Shown piece by piece: positions 31,801-41,690 of a DNA stretch of 41,975 bases. Position numbers and translations under genes: made by a program. The number at the start of each line of letters is the position of its first letter. Position 1 is the first letter of the stretch. Source of the DNA: Savitreella phatthalungensis (Eukaryota); assembly GCA_051599415.1 (NCBI GenBank), contig AP039697.1, forward strand, positions 496,001 to 537,975, in the 5' to 3' direction. Under the pieces are notes generated by a model, which was given only the letters and a program-made list of their open reading frames with translations, did not search any database and had not been told where the DNA came from.

Positions 31801-33037
31801 AGACGGACTCCTGGAGATGGGGGTAGACGAATGTCAGGAGCGGCAGGCCAAGTAGTTGTACTGGACTGTAGCTGAATGAGTACGTCGCGACCTTGCCAGA
31901 ACCCTGGCCACTGACGATGGCACCGGTCGGGTAAGTTCCGACCGATGAATCGTATGTCGCCTCGTCGGCGTTGGTGAAGCCTGCAGGTAGCTTCGCAACC
32001 TGAAGAGCACCGGTCCAGGGCGCGTTGCCAGCGAGTTGTGCACCGTTTGTTGCAAGCGTCAAGCTTAGAGGAGTAGAGGACGATGAGATGGCGTATACAA
32101 GCCAGGTGTCGCCGTTGTTAATATTGAGCCTCCATTTTGTGACGCCGGAAGAGACGCCCACAGGTGCCTTGAATGACACAGGCGTCAACAATGTGAAAGC
32201 TGCAGTGCCGGAGAAGAGGCGAGGCGTTAAATTGTTGTACCGCATGGTGAGCAACGCATTGCCATGCACGAGAGTAATGACTGCGCTGCCACTGCCAGAG
32301 GTCAGCGTGACGTCAAGAGATTGGGACTGGATGTTAGAATTTTGCAGAGCAGGCGCATTCGAAGTGAATTCTGTAGCACCGAAGCCCACCGGGCAGCGTC
32401 CCACAGGAGCAAAATAGTAAGAAGGATCGCCGTTAAAGCTGCCGCCATACACATAGTCGGACGCGGCGTTGTTGCTGACGCAAAGGCCGTTACTCTTGTC
32501 CAGGTTAAGAACGTAGGGCATTGGGTAGATCTGCGAGGTCTGACCGCCAACCAGCAAGTTCGTGTAAAAGTTATTGGTCTGAATAGGCGATCCAGAAGTA
32601 CCTCCGTATTGAGAAGCGACGTTCAGCGGCGGCTGAAACTGTTCCGTCGTCGTACGTCCAAGAACAGCAGCTGGGTTATCGGTAGCGATGCTCGCGAACA
32701 GATCATTCGCGATTGCATTGGCGACGACGGTCGGCTTTACGAGGTTTGTGGTGAGAGAAGTTGTAGCAATCGAAGGAGCGTTGGCTGTTGTCGCTTGCGT
32801 TACTGTAGATGGCACGATTGGATCTGTCCCTGTCTGGGTAATTGGCGTATAGCCGCTCGTTGCGGAAACGGCTGCAAGAGTTCCATTCGCGACTTGAGGG
32901 GAAGCTGTTGCATCAGCAATCGTGGCGGTGTTCACCGAGGTGCCCGTTCCCGCCGAGGACTGTCCAGCAGCCAGGCCGAACAGTGCCGCAGCAGCGGCCG
33001 CTGTGGTCGTTGTAGAAAAGATTGTAGGTTTCCTCAT
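28862..33037 (-). CDS. ENG1: Secreted GH81 endo-1,3-beta-glucanase Eng1 with a Ser/Thr/Gly linker and three Cys-rich CBM52-type repeats
   Basis: Signal peptide; PIQTNNFY, SMYFSGKALAK, DFGN..YNDHHFHYGY, RSFDWFAGHSWA.G, DGKDEESSSED and FENKIDHTTYFG...EYIQGIHM motifs; three C-terminal CG...Y....Y.C....LCP.......CG..CY.P..Y.C repeats. Confidence 0.95.
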   Translation of the reverse strand: MRKPTIFSTTTTAAAAAALFGLAAGQSSAGTGTSVNTATIADATASPQVANGTLAAVSATSGYTPITQTGTDPIVPSTVTQATTANAPSIATTSLTTNLVKPTVVANAIANDLFASIATDNPAAVLGRTTTEQFQPPLNVASQYGGTSGSPIQTNNFYTNLLVGGQTSQIYPMPYVLNLDKSNGLCVSNNAASDYVYGGSFNGDPSYYFAPVGRCPVGFGATEFTSNAPALQNSNIQSQSLDVTLTSGSGSAVITLVHGNALLTMRYNNLTPRLFSGTAAFTLLTPVSFKAPVGVSSGVTKWRLNINNGDTWLVYAISSSSTPLSLTLATNGAQLAGNAPWTGALQVAKLPAGFTNADEATYDSSVGTYPTGAIVSGQGSGKVATYSFSYSPVQLLGLPLLTFVYPHLQESVSAGVPTSLKLWSNTKGLMRAYQGNTLSFSENNLPTDINWLPWSPLGNLQNYSASALQLIAKAANAELQQNMAAQTNMDSMYFSGKALAKFAQICLVVNDVLGSDATSCLSSLKSAFAPFIGSSNINPVAYDTVWKGVMSSCGDAGGTAQRDCDFGNAVYNDHHFHYGYHVYTAAVIAHIDPTWLQQGKNKAWVNTLIRDYANPSTSDPYLPFSRSFDWFAGHSWAHGITESADGKDEESSSEDYNSIYAIKLWGKVIGDPSMEARANLQLSIMRRAMNDYMLLGPDNTVMPPAMINNYVAGITFENKIDHTTYFGSNLEYIQGIHMIPLTPVSAFIRQPKFVAQEWSALLGALAPTLTSGWKGILYANLAISNATAAYQTFSDPNYSSSWLDGGASLTWYLTYAAGLGGAGNFQLAVTASGTVPVTATVTGITSQLPVSLTSTISLSTTVSGSPVILPASSSVSVSAIFPSSVSTSGTLPSSASSMDSIVSTTSTVPSSSASVMMNTSTSASSSTSTSAGTSSVSTSSASASSASTGSSAFSVPAATSTTVVATTSTTVLPPTTITAGGGTLTIGGSTLTTVTQSSSTQTVVGSGAGSSVASGTNAGASSGSSNSGTDTSTESSGSNGSSSSSGLPGSSASTGSAGSSGSSGSSDSTGSSSGSTISSGSTSGSQSSSGSPPGDSVSNNQGSSSSGSTGSSGNSGTGAVSGSAPPNSSGGSTESAGATGSSGSTGSTAGGPGAGLPVTTAPSETTTVGVVAASSGAALAPGASDMTPGQVGSATGSGRIYTTSGTCAGTKFTEGWYVCWDDSQLCPIQAGTIYYNCAGACYDPAKYACPSGQILVGVASSIPKPVSAPSLQSCGAAQYDPASYTCYGNKLCPIQGNVVSKLCGNDCYNPALYHCDTVTGKLAQGAEAGATPVSGGLGLCGTTTYDKSSYTCYSDAQLCPIINGVVTQACGQACYDPALYSCSAAGVLAGR

Positions 33038-34699
33038 GCTTTGAGGTGTCGGTTATGTGTTTGCTCGGCGGCCTGCGCCAAAGTTTTGTCAAGAAGGAAA
33101 GCTCGTCTTCCTTATGCCCTCGTGCTAGTGTCTCTCGCTCTCGACCTCTCGATATGGTGTCTGTCCAGGTCAACTGAAGACGAACGTGCGATACCCGTGA
33201 AGCGAGTGAAACGGGAAGCGAGCGACCGAGGGAGTCGGACGAGAAATCGTCCGGTATGACAAAGGGGTCGTCTTATGGTCCATGCAAAGATGGGAAGAAA
33301 GCTTGCGTGCCGTGTAGCACAGACGGGCTTCGACGCGTGCGGCGAGCGCTGCCCATGGCTTTGCGTGGTATATGATGATGTCCCGCGCTGCTGCTGCTGC
33401 ATTGCAGAGCCTTATTCCACAACCCGCACAGGGGTTAGCTCAGGCTTCCTTTCGCCCATCACCTTCTCCTTATTGGCCTAAGGGGTAAAAAGTGGATGCA
33501 ATCTGTGTTGTTTTCAAGATTCCAGTGCGCTGAGTCTGCGATTGGCAACAGAACGCTTCGATTGTTTTCTTCAAAATATGACCAATGCGGCTGGTCACCT
33601 CTCCTAAAGTAGAACATTTAGTCGAACGCAATTTGATTGCAAGGACATTCAACCAAACCCGGAACACTTGACAGCTATGTTAGTCTTCGGCCTGGATCAT
33701 CTTCGAAAATGTCGTTTTCGTAAGACCTTCTGTGGCTATGCGTTGAGAAAGGGGCAGGAGAGGGCAGAAATCAGATGTCCTCGCTCATTTCTCGAACTCG
33801 GGATTCCCGCTTCCGAAGAATGAGCATCTATCGAGACAACAAGTCATGGCAAGCCGTGATCTCTCCTCCTTTCTAGACTGCAATTCATCTTGGTCGTCGT
33901 CAATATTGCTGAAGCACTCTTCTCATATGTACTCTCTGAATAGTTGGTCATGGCACCACTAAGCATTGGCAAAGTGCATTTGGACGGAACATTGCCGTTG
34001 CAACGACTCCCGCGTGATGTCTTAGTCAGGAATGCGCAGCGATCACAAGGAAGCACTTCCTAGAGATTCGCTTGAATCGAACGCATTACAGATAATCTGT
34101 GGTGCCAACTGAGGCTGCCTAACCATGGCCAAACGTCATAGGTCGTGGAGGTGGAAAATAGGAGAGGCGGCGACTGCAATTTGAGTTCCTGCAAACTTCA
34201 TAGCACCCTTCTGACCTCTGGTGCGTCTCTCTGAGGACTCTACAGCTCGATGAAAGTGAGACCTTCTTAAGGCAGTCTTGATCGAGAATCTCGAAGAGGT
34301 TCGGGAACTGATGGCTCTTCCTCTTTGTGCATCGAGCCATTCAAATCCTGCATGCATTTTGACTAAAATTGTTTCGATTCGTCTTCGACTGGACGATCAT
34401 ATCTACACAAACGTGATCTGATTTGCACTGGCAAATACGTGAGTCCAATGACGAATCCAAATGTCTGTGATCCAGCCGAAGCGCGAGTCCACGAATGACC
34501 CTGTGCGAATACGTTTGTAACACTCTCCAGGCGTTCAGGAATCGATTTCCTGAGTACTCTGACCGTCTCGCGACCTTTCATGACCTGGTCAAGAAACGCA
34601 AACACTCACACCAACCGGTAACATCTCTGACGGGTACTTTCTTGTCTTATCGCTGTAGGCCACTGCTCAGCATCGAGAAGTGCTCTGCGCAAGCCTGAT

Positions 34700-35764
34700 A
34701 TGGAGCGCGAGCAGCAGCTGCTCGAGCAAATCGCCCAGGTCGCGGGCGCTATCAACAAGCATAATAATCGCAGTGCTGTTGCCAAGGCGTCCTCTCAGCA
34801 CCGTGTCTGGACACCGGGTCAGACACACAATAGACCCCAACAGGCTTCGTTCAATCGATCGCTTGTACTCGGCCAAAAGCGTAAGGCTGGCGCTCCCACT
34901 GAGTGGGTGAGTAGCAGAAATCGGGGTCACTTGACTCTCACAAATGTTGCGGTTTATGACGACAAGACGGCGCGAAAGCTTGCGCGCCTCGACGAGGCAC
35001 GATCCGCAGCCCGCCGAGAACGATTGCGACAGCGTGAAGAGCGAGAGCGAAGGGAACTTAAACAACTTGCTCAAACGACCCTCGTCCATGATGGTGTCAC
35101 ATATCGCTTCAATAAGCGCTTCAATCTGCTGATCCGAGTGAATACTGATGGTCCGCCCACGCCAATAGAGACCACTATTCATGGCGTCGTCTTCCTCAAA
35201 TCACCGAAGTCTGAGAATCTGTTCCGGAAGACCGCGGTCAAGCTTCTCTCACAACACCGCGCAAATAAAAACAAGCATCTTGCCGGTCAATGTCGGAATT
35301 TTTGCAGAACGGGGGTGTGTCGGAAGAACGATAAAGGGCAATGCTGTTTCTCGCACGATCGTGCGACACGCGCAGTCTGCAGGTACTGGCTACGACACGA
35401 ATGCAGGCATACGAAAGCGGCTGACTGCAGACTAATTCACGAGCAAGCGAACTTGCACAACAAGCCGGATTGTACGAGGCATATACACGAAGACGCTGAC
35501 GATGACTGTCGCTTCGGCCATCGTACAATTGCTTCTCCGGGATTAGCATGCAAGATCTTCGCCAGGACGGGCTGGTGTCCTGTAGGTGGAGCTTGCCCAC
35601 GCGGGCACAATCGAGAATGCACGAGACGTCCGTGTGACGATCCAAAATGCAGATTGGATCACCCTGATCGACAGCGCGTCGACGATTTCTCAGACTCGAC
35701 AGATACCTTCAGCGAAGAGGACTTCGACGAGGCTGCATTTGATGCCGACTTTGTGCATCTGTAG
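34700..35764 (+). CDS. Multi-CCCH zinc-finger protein, ZC3H3 / S. pombe Red5-like
   Basis: N-terminal LLEQIAQVAGAINKH helix, NRSLVL and WVS..R motifs; tandem CCCH fingers (CRNFCRTGVC...CCFSH, VCRYWL..C....C.L.H, CKIFARTGWC..G..C...H..EC). Confidence 0.72.
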   Translation: MEREQQLLEQIAQVAGAINKHNNRSAVAKASSQHRVWTPGQTHNRPQQASFNRSLVLGQKRKAGAPTEWVSSRNRGHLTLTNVAVYDDKTARKLARLDEARSAARRERLRQREERERRELKQLAQTTLVHDGVTYRFNKRFNLLIRVNTDGPPTPIETTIHGVVFLKSPKSENLFRKTAVKLLSQHRANKNKHLAGQCRNFCRTGVCRKNDKGQCCFSHDRATRAVCRYWLRHECRHTKAADCRLIHEQANLHNKPDCTRHIHEDADDDCRFGHRTIASPGLACKIFARTGWCPVGGACPRGHNRECTRRPCDDPKCRLDHPDRQRVDDFSDSTDTFSEEDFDEAAFDADFVHL

Positions 35765-36045
35765 AATATCTCAGTGATCGTGCTCTCATAATAATACTGC
35801 ATCGTGACACGGTGGTGATGCGAAATCGAAGCATATGTATCCGTCGGATCTGCATATGGAACATGCTCTATTAGAACCACTCGAGCCTTGCGCAAAAGAC
35901 GTCGTGTAAGAAAAGCGGTCGCACGCGTGTCAGCCTGCCCAATCTGGAGCTGCATTTGGAGTTACTGGTAAGAAGGATCGCCCCAGAGATCCCTGCCGAG
36001 CATGCAGCCAAGACCGGAAGCAAAGGGAGGCGGCGCTCCCGGCTA

Positions 36046-37107
36046 ATGCTTGACGAGACTGGCGCTAGGGACATAAAGGAGCTTCGCGAGATCGGTATCA
36101 AGCACGGCTATCCAGCCCGTTTGCGTCGGCAAATCTGGTCCATTCTTTTGGGTGTCGACGATGGGGGGGACGACCGGTCTCCGTCGGATGGTGCTGAACT
36201 ACATCCGGATGAAAAGCAGGTCACTCTTGACACTAATCGATCTTTCACAAACCTGGCTGAGCTGACAGATTTGGCTGTGACGTCTGAATCCCTGCCCGAC
36301 ATGAAGCGATCCCTCGAGCTTGTCATTGTCGGCACACTACGCACATTGCAGTGGTCACACTACTATCAAGGCCTGCATGATATCGCTCAAGTTCTGTTGC
36401 TTGTAGCTGGGGAAAAGCTTGCGATGCGAATGCTTCGGCGACTAGCGATGACACATCTTCGCGACTTCATGTTGGCAAAATTGTCGCCGACCACGTCCTT
36501 ATTGCTCCTCGTGCTTGACCAGATCAGGGTGATCGACCCCGGATATTATGCTCACATGCGCCAGCTTGGTGTTGAACCTTTCTACGCACTCGCGAGCTTG
36601 CTTACCTGGTGGTCACATTCGGTTGACGAACATGAGAGCATTTGTCGTATCTTCGATTTCCTACTCGCTGGTCCCCCAACTGCAATTCTTTACACGATTG
36701 CTGCGGCCACACTCTTGAAAAAGGACGAAGTCACACTGGCCGACGATGCCGACCTCGCCTTTCTAGCCCTCAGTAAGCCCCCGAAAGACATCGGAGAAAT
36801 GCTAGTCCTCGCCTCCGAGCTTCAGAAAAGCATCAGACCTATTCAGCTCGCTCACTGGCGGCGTATCAGTGATCATTCTTGCTTCAAGACTTGGGGCGAA
36901 CATGGGACGCTAGATGAGCGCGCTCATGAGCACGCTCGTCAACAAGAACTGGAAGTCAAAAATGATGATCTGGCAGAGGAACGGCGAAAGCGAATACGCA
37001 AAGCATTGACGCTGACCTCGGCTCAATCGATGATCTTGGGAGCTATCGGTTTCGGCTGCCTGGCTTATGGAGTGGCTGTTCTGCTTCGGCCTGCGAGCAA
37101 AAGCTGA
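36046..37107 (+). CDS. GYP8: TBC-domain Rab GTPase-activating protein, Gyp8/TBC1D20-like, with a C-terminal TM anchor
   Basis: LRRQIWSILLG, HPDEKQVTLDTNRSF (Arg finger), YYQGLHDI (Gln finger), LRDFM, LLTWWSH and RIFDFLL; hydrophobic C-tail. First in-frame ATG is 36046; the 5' end is uncertain. Confidence 0.85.
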   Translation: MLDETGARDIKELREIGIKHGYPARLRRQIWSILLGVDDGGDDRSPSDGAELHPDEKQVTLDTNRSFTNLAELTDLAVTSESLPDMKRSLELVIVGTLRTLQWSHYYQGLHDIAQVLLLVAGEKLAMRMLRRLAMTHLRDFMLAKLSPTTSLLLLVLDQIRVIDPGYYAHMRQLGVEPFYALASLLTWWSHSVDEHESICRIFDFLLAGPPTAILYTIAAATLLKKDEVTLADDADLAFLALSKPPKDIGEMLVLASELQKSIRPIQLAHWRRISDHSCFKTWGEHGTLDERAHEHARQQELEVKNDDLAEERRKRIRKALTLTSAQSMILGAIGFGCLAYGVAVLLRPASKS

Positions 37108-37136
37108 CGTGTCGATTTGTTTCACAATGTCACGTT

Positions 37137-37150
37137 CATTGACGTCAATG
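37137..37150. promoter_or_regulatory. Perfect 14-bp palindrome CATTGACGTCAATG containing a full CRE (TGACGTCA)
   Basis: Self-complementary sequence read directly; CRE is the ATF/CREB (Atf1/Pcr1-type) consensus. Confidence 0.4.
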
Positions 37151-37222
37151 TCGCCTAGCGGGCATTGACCCTTCAATATTGCTTGTCACCTCCCACAGGA
37201 GCTCCAGACGCCCAATCGAAGA

Positions 37223-37334
37223 CATCAATTGCATCTTTGCTTGCAGAAGTCATCAATTGCATCTTTGCTTGCAGAAGTCATCAATTGCATCTTCGCTTGC
37301 AGAAATCATCAATTGCATCTTTGCTTGCAGAACT
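37223..37334. repeat. Minisatellite, 4 x 28 bp (CATCAATTGCATCTTTGCTTGCAGAAGT)
   Basis: Head-to-tail units start at 37223, 37251, 37279 and 37307, with 0-2 mismatches each and no spacers. Confidence 0.95.
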
Positions 37335-37946
37335 CTCCATTGGCAGCAGCGGTTTTCGAATTGTCCGTCACTTACAGCCCGCGTCTCCCAGTCCGGGTAC
37401 TGGTACTGCGCCAGTGTGCCAGCCGCCAATGACTCGCCTGGGCGTCGTATCTCGAAATTCGTGGCGAAGCAATTTTGGTCTGCACGTGGACTTTTACAAA
37501 TGGCCACATCAGAATTGTACCTCTAGCTACAACGGCAGAACGGCAGCGTCATCCTTGCGTCTGATGTTGAGATGGTGCTCAATGACGTTACCAATGACTT
37601 AACGCCGTCGATGACAAGGACACAGCATTGAACAAGAAGCAATCGTGCATTTGCAGAATTGTGTAGTGGCTGGTCTGGAGCAGAAGACCCTCGCGGGCTT
37701 TTCGACAATGCACTTCCTATTGTCAATGATTGACCGACCTGTATGCCCATCACTACCGAGTACAATCGATCTCCGATTTCGAAGGTCCTGCAGAATCACA
37801 TAAAAGGCGCCCCCATTCCCGAGTATCTGTCTTCACTTTTTCACAAGCTCACTTGGTCTTCCTAGTCTTCTCAAGCCTAGTCGGACCCCGTAACGCTCAA
37901 ACACTCAAACCCAACGCTCAAACAAGTTCACTTCATCCCAAGCAAC

Positions 37947-39209
37947 ATGTCGGCCATTGCCTTCCCACTTCTCGCTCTCGCCCTCGGCTCCCTGAAGATC
38001 AACAAGCAGCAGCAGCAGCAACAGCCGCAGCAGCAGTTGAAGTTCGTCGTCGGTGAAGCTCCGCAAGTCCCACTGACACTCGCCATCGTCGGGCGCCTTG
38101 CCTTCGCCAAGGCTACGTTCAATGCCAAGATCGCAGCCCTCGAGGCTGCTATGATCGATGACGACGCCGACTTCTCGCGTCTCTCGGCCGGCGAAATGTG
38201 CTCGCCGCCTTCCTTCACGGCCTGGTCGCCCATCGTTCAGCAGACCGCGACTATCCTCGGAGAGATCTTCGAAGACGAGATCGATCTCGACGATGCTGAC
38301 TGCGATGTTTCTTTCCTCGATCTCAACGGGTTCGCCTCTTCTGCTCCAACTTCAGCCTCGCCCACCCTGTCTGACTGCGAGTGGTTCAAGTGCCCATCCT
38401 CACCATCTACCTGTTTCTTCGACTCCGCTTACGGCAGCGACACTGAGGGTGCCTTTGACGAGAGCTCAAAGGACGAGCTGATCTCCTACAAAGATTTTGT
38501 CTCCGGTATCACCTGCGAGAATGTCGATCTCCCTGAGTCCACACTGATTTGTGAAGGGGAGCAGCTCGAAAACGTGGAGGCCTTCACCAGCTTCGATCGC
38601 GACCTGGAGTCAGAACTCGGCAAGCTCGTCGAGGATCTTGATGAGCCGATGAAGGACAATCTTATCGCCGATACTGCCATCGTCGCCGACACCACTGTGT
38701 GCAAGCCCTCTGACCTCGAGATTCCTGCTCCTATCAACGATGCCAACGCCCTATTTGCACTCCTGGACCACGAGGCGCCCAACGAACCCAAAAGCGCGGA
38801 TCCCATCAGCCCAGCAGTTGTCGTCCAGCAGTGCTACCCCGTCATCCACGAAGGTCCAGGCCCGAACGATCTCTACAGCAACTCAGCCCGCGTCAGCGCT
38901 GGGCTCGAGACGGAAGACAAGCCTGTTGATTACAAATCGCCTTATGCTATCAGCTACAGCCTCGTCAACCGCAACGAGTCACGTCTTCGCGTGACCGTAC
39001 TTGGTCAGCGCTTCAGCAACAATGATCGCTACAACATGACCGTGATTGAGACGGCAGACATTCGATGCCGCGCGTTGCCGAAGCTCATGCGCACCCTGGT
39101 CGGCAGCAAATCCGCAGTGCAGATCAACACTACAGTCATCGATATTACGCGCGCGGTCAGCGACGTCGCTTATCGCCGGAAGCTCGGTCAGGAGCACATT
39201 GCCGCCTGA
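37947..39209 (+). CDS. Orphan acidic protein with a hydrophobic N-terminus and polyQ; probably continues by frameshift to 39406
   Basis: 420-aa ATG ORF with strong C-ending codon bias, preceded by a TATA-like CATAAAAG (~37799) and a pyrimidine-rich leader. No family recognised. Confidence 0.65.
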   Translation: MSAIAFPLLALALGSLKINKQQQQQQPQQQLKFVVGEAPQVPLTLAIVGRLAFAKATFNAKIAALEAAMIDDDADFSRLSAGEMCSPPSFTAWSPIVQQTATILGEIFEDEIDLDDADCDVSFLDLNGFASSAPTSASPTLSDCEWFKCPSSPSTCFFDSAYGSDTEGAFDESSKDELISYKDFVSGITCENVDLPESTLICEGEQLENVEAFTSFDRDLESELGKLVEDLDEPMKDNLIADTAIVADTTVCKPSDLEIPAPINDANALFALLDHEAPNEPKSADPISPAVVVQQCYPVIHEGPGPNDLYSNSARVSAGLETEDKPVDYKSPYAISYSLVNRNESRLRVTVLGQRFSNNDRYNMTVIETADIRCRALPKLMRTLVGSKSAVQINTTVIDITRAVSDVAYRRKLGQEHIAA

Positions 39210-39826
39210 TCAGCACTCCTGGAGCCTTCCGAAAGATGCCTACAGGAGCGCGCGCGAAGTGCGCGACCGCCATGGCTCACGTTCGCCACCTCTCTACCAG
39301 CGTCTACCTGGCTGATGAGCGTATTGAGGGTCTGCCGAATGAGCACACCATCACCGGCGCTGACCTCCTCACTTGCGTGGTCGAGGAGCGCCTTCTCGAG
39401 CTCTGATGATCTCGCTATGCTAAACGTCTACACCATCTACCACATTTTCATTCTATCATGACAACAGTTGCCAACCGGAACAATGACACGAAAAGCCCAA
39501 AGAACGTTCGATTGAACAGAAAAAACTATCTTCTTTCTTAGTGATGTAGCCCTGAAAGCACGCTTTTCAATGACTTCAATCGTCCCACTGATCCTCTTGA
39601 TTGCACCTCAAACCTCTGTTTTGCTTGCATCTGCAATGTTCCAGATTTCTCCGATTGGCGACGTCTAAGTCTCGTTCAATGACAACGCTCTCTCTCAGGG
39701 CCAAACTGGACTATAAATATAGCATGCAGACATCCTCGGCCAGCGAGACGAGCCGATGCAGCAAATCATGACGCACTCAAATCTTTCGTGCTGTATCCGT
39801 GCTGGGTGAACTGAAACATACGTGTC

Positions 39827-39847
39827 CACACACACACACACACACAC
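39827..39847. repeat. (CA)10 microsatellite
   Basis: cacacacacacacacacacac read directly. Confidence 0.95.
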
Positions 39848-41193
39848 CATAGATATTAGACATAGACGGTTTTCTTCAGACGCTCACTGTCACAGAACTT
39901 AGTGTCACGGAAGCAAAGTCATACGCCGAGAGTCAGCTGCACGTGGGTACGTGAAGTCGTGTGATTGGCAGTTTGAATTGCCAATCAAACAACTTGACAT
40001 ACTCACACTCAGCCCCTGAGAGCGCTTTTGCTCCCTGACTGCCTAGAGCTTCTTAGCAATTAATTGTTGCTCCAAGCAGGATTTGGACTTGAGACCTCAA
40101 AGTTCGAATTCTGCCAGACCTGCATCTACCCTCCATGCACAAAGCTTGTGACTCAGCAGCTCAGTGGGGACCCCAAACCACTGTGCCACAAGACCAAGGG
40201 CCTTGCATTGAAAGCACGTGGCAAGCTCAGTATATAAACCCAATCTTATTCACATAAAAAACCATTGTACATGTGAAAATGTTTTTTATAGAGTCAATCA
40301 GTGGCGTCATGATGAGACTAGTCTCATGATCATCTGACATCTGGATCAGAAGATATAGCCAGTCAAAGTGGACAGAATGAGAAAATGATGTGATGTTGCG
40401 CACACATAGAGGCAGAGATAAAATGAGATAGGAGATAAGATAGGAATAAAATGGACCAATTAAGCAGTGCACATCTATATGGCATAGACTGGCATGCATT
40501 GACAACAAATGAAATGATGTGGAATGGGTGTGGAGAACGGGAGATAGATAACAGTGATCACAGTCAATCAAAAGTAGACAGGGAGATCAAACAAGCTAGA
40601 GAGAAAGCACAGACAGGCACAGTCACAATGTAGTTGACAGATTACAGTGCATGACAGTGGCAAGTACAGGTGACAGCGCACAAGACAGGCAATAAGAGCA
40701 AGTGAGAGTGGATTAGATTCAGTTGTGGCATAGAGAGCACAGCGCAGTGCAAGCAATGGATTTGACAAGCAACAGTGGATGGAATAGTGCATGCCATGTG
40801 ACATTGCAGTCAATTGCAGTCAATTGATGTTGCACAACAGGCGCCAATGGCAATTACAGACAGAGGAAAGAGAACGCATGCAAGTGGGTAGAGTCAGAGC
40901 CAAGCAGGTGGTGTTTATAACAAGCAAAGACAGAGACAGTGGCAGGGCCAGGTGACAAATGACAGTGACAAGTGACAGTGCAGGAATGACACATCAAGTG
41001 ACAGTGCAGTTTGAACAAATGGCAGCATTTGACAAGTGGCAGTGCAGTGATGGAACAGGGTACAGTCCAGGCAACAGTGAGTGACAGAAACAGAAAACGG
41101 GAGATGACAGGTGAACAGCAATTGGCAGATCCAGGGGTTGACAAATGCCAGACCACAGAGCAGGGCAGTGGGTCAGGTGATGGTGCAGGCCAA

Positions 41194-41390
41194 GGCATTT
41201 GACAGACAATGGTGCAGGTAATGGCATTTGACAGATGATGGTGCAGGTAAAGGCGTTTGACAGATGTGTTGCAGGTAAAAGCGTTTGACAGATGTGTTGC
41301 AGGTAAAGATGTTTGACGGGTGGCAGGGCAGGTAACAGCATTTGACAGGCGACATGCAGATAACGGCATTTGGCAGGAGACGGTGCAGTT
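41194..41390. repeat. Degenerate subtelomeric minisatellite, ~7 x 28-29 bp (consensus GGCRTTTGACAGATGNTGGTGCAGGTAA(A))
   Basis: Units start at 41194, 41223, 41252, 41280, 41308, 41337 and 41365. Further decayed copies lie near 41021. Confidence 0.88.
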
Positions 41391-41522
41391 GCAGTTGAAT
41401 CAGGTGGCAGGATTGTTAAGAGTAGGAATGTGGGGAGCAAATAGCATGGGATGTTCCAGGGAAACAGTAAACGGGAGGAAGAGTGTCAGATAGATGAGGG
41501 ATTGAGGGCAGGAGTACAGCGG

Positions 41523-41561
41523 AGAGAGGAGCAGCAGAGAGGAGCAGCAGAGAGGAGCAGC
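41523..41561. repeat. 3 x 13-bp perfect tandem repeat AGAGAGGAGCAGC, followed by (GAT)4
   Basis: Units at 41523, 41536 and 41549. Confidence 0.9.
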
Positions 41562-41654
41562 AAGATGATGATGATGTTGAAGTCCAGCAGGGGCGTATGC
41601 ATGCGGACAAGAGTAATGTAGCAAGGCAGCAGGCGTGAGCAAAGAAACAAGGTT

Positions 41655-41690
41655 AGCAAGCAAGCGAGCGAGTGAGCAAGCAAGCAAGCA
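41655..41690. repeat. Tetranucleotide repeat, 9 units AGCA/AGCG/AGTG
   Basis: AGCA AGCA AGCG AGCG AGTG AGCA AGCA AGCA AGCA. Confidence 0.85.

Noticed and set aside
29481..33259. Long plus-strand ORFs (229, 215, 331 aa) antisense to ENG1
   Set aside because: Shadow ORFs caused by codon bias and Ser/Gly/Thr low complexity of the real gene. The same applies to the antisense ORFs over NOG1, DDI1 and the lipase.
33589..34477. Ace2-type CCAGCC sites upstream of ENG1 (33589-33595, 34472-34477)
   Set aside because: Biologically plausible, but about one hit is expected by chance in 1.6 kb on two strands, so not supportable.
37223..37334. 28-bp repeats as a CRISPR array
   Set aside because: The units are head-to-tail with no spacers, there are no cas genes, and the context is eukaryotic.
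40075..40125. tRNA-like or B-box element (GCAGG...GTTCGAATTC...CCTGCA)
   Set aside because: Too short, no T-stem pairing, no D or anticodon arms, and the B-box lacks the conserved C after TTCGAAT.
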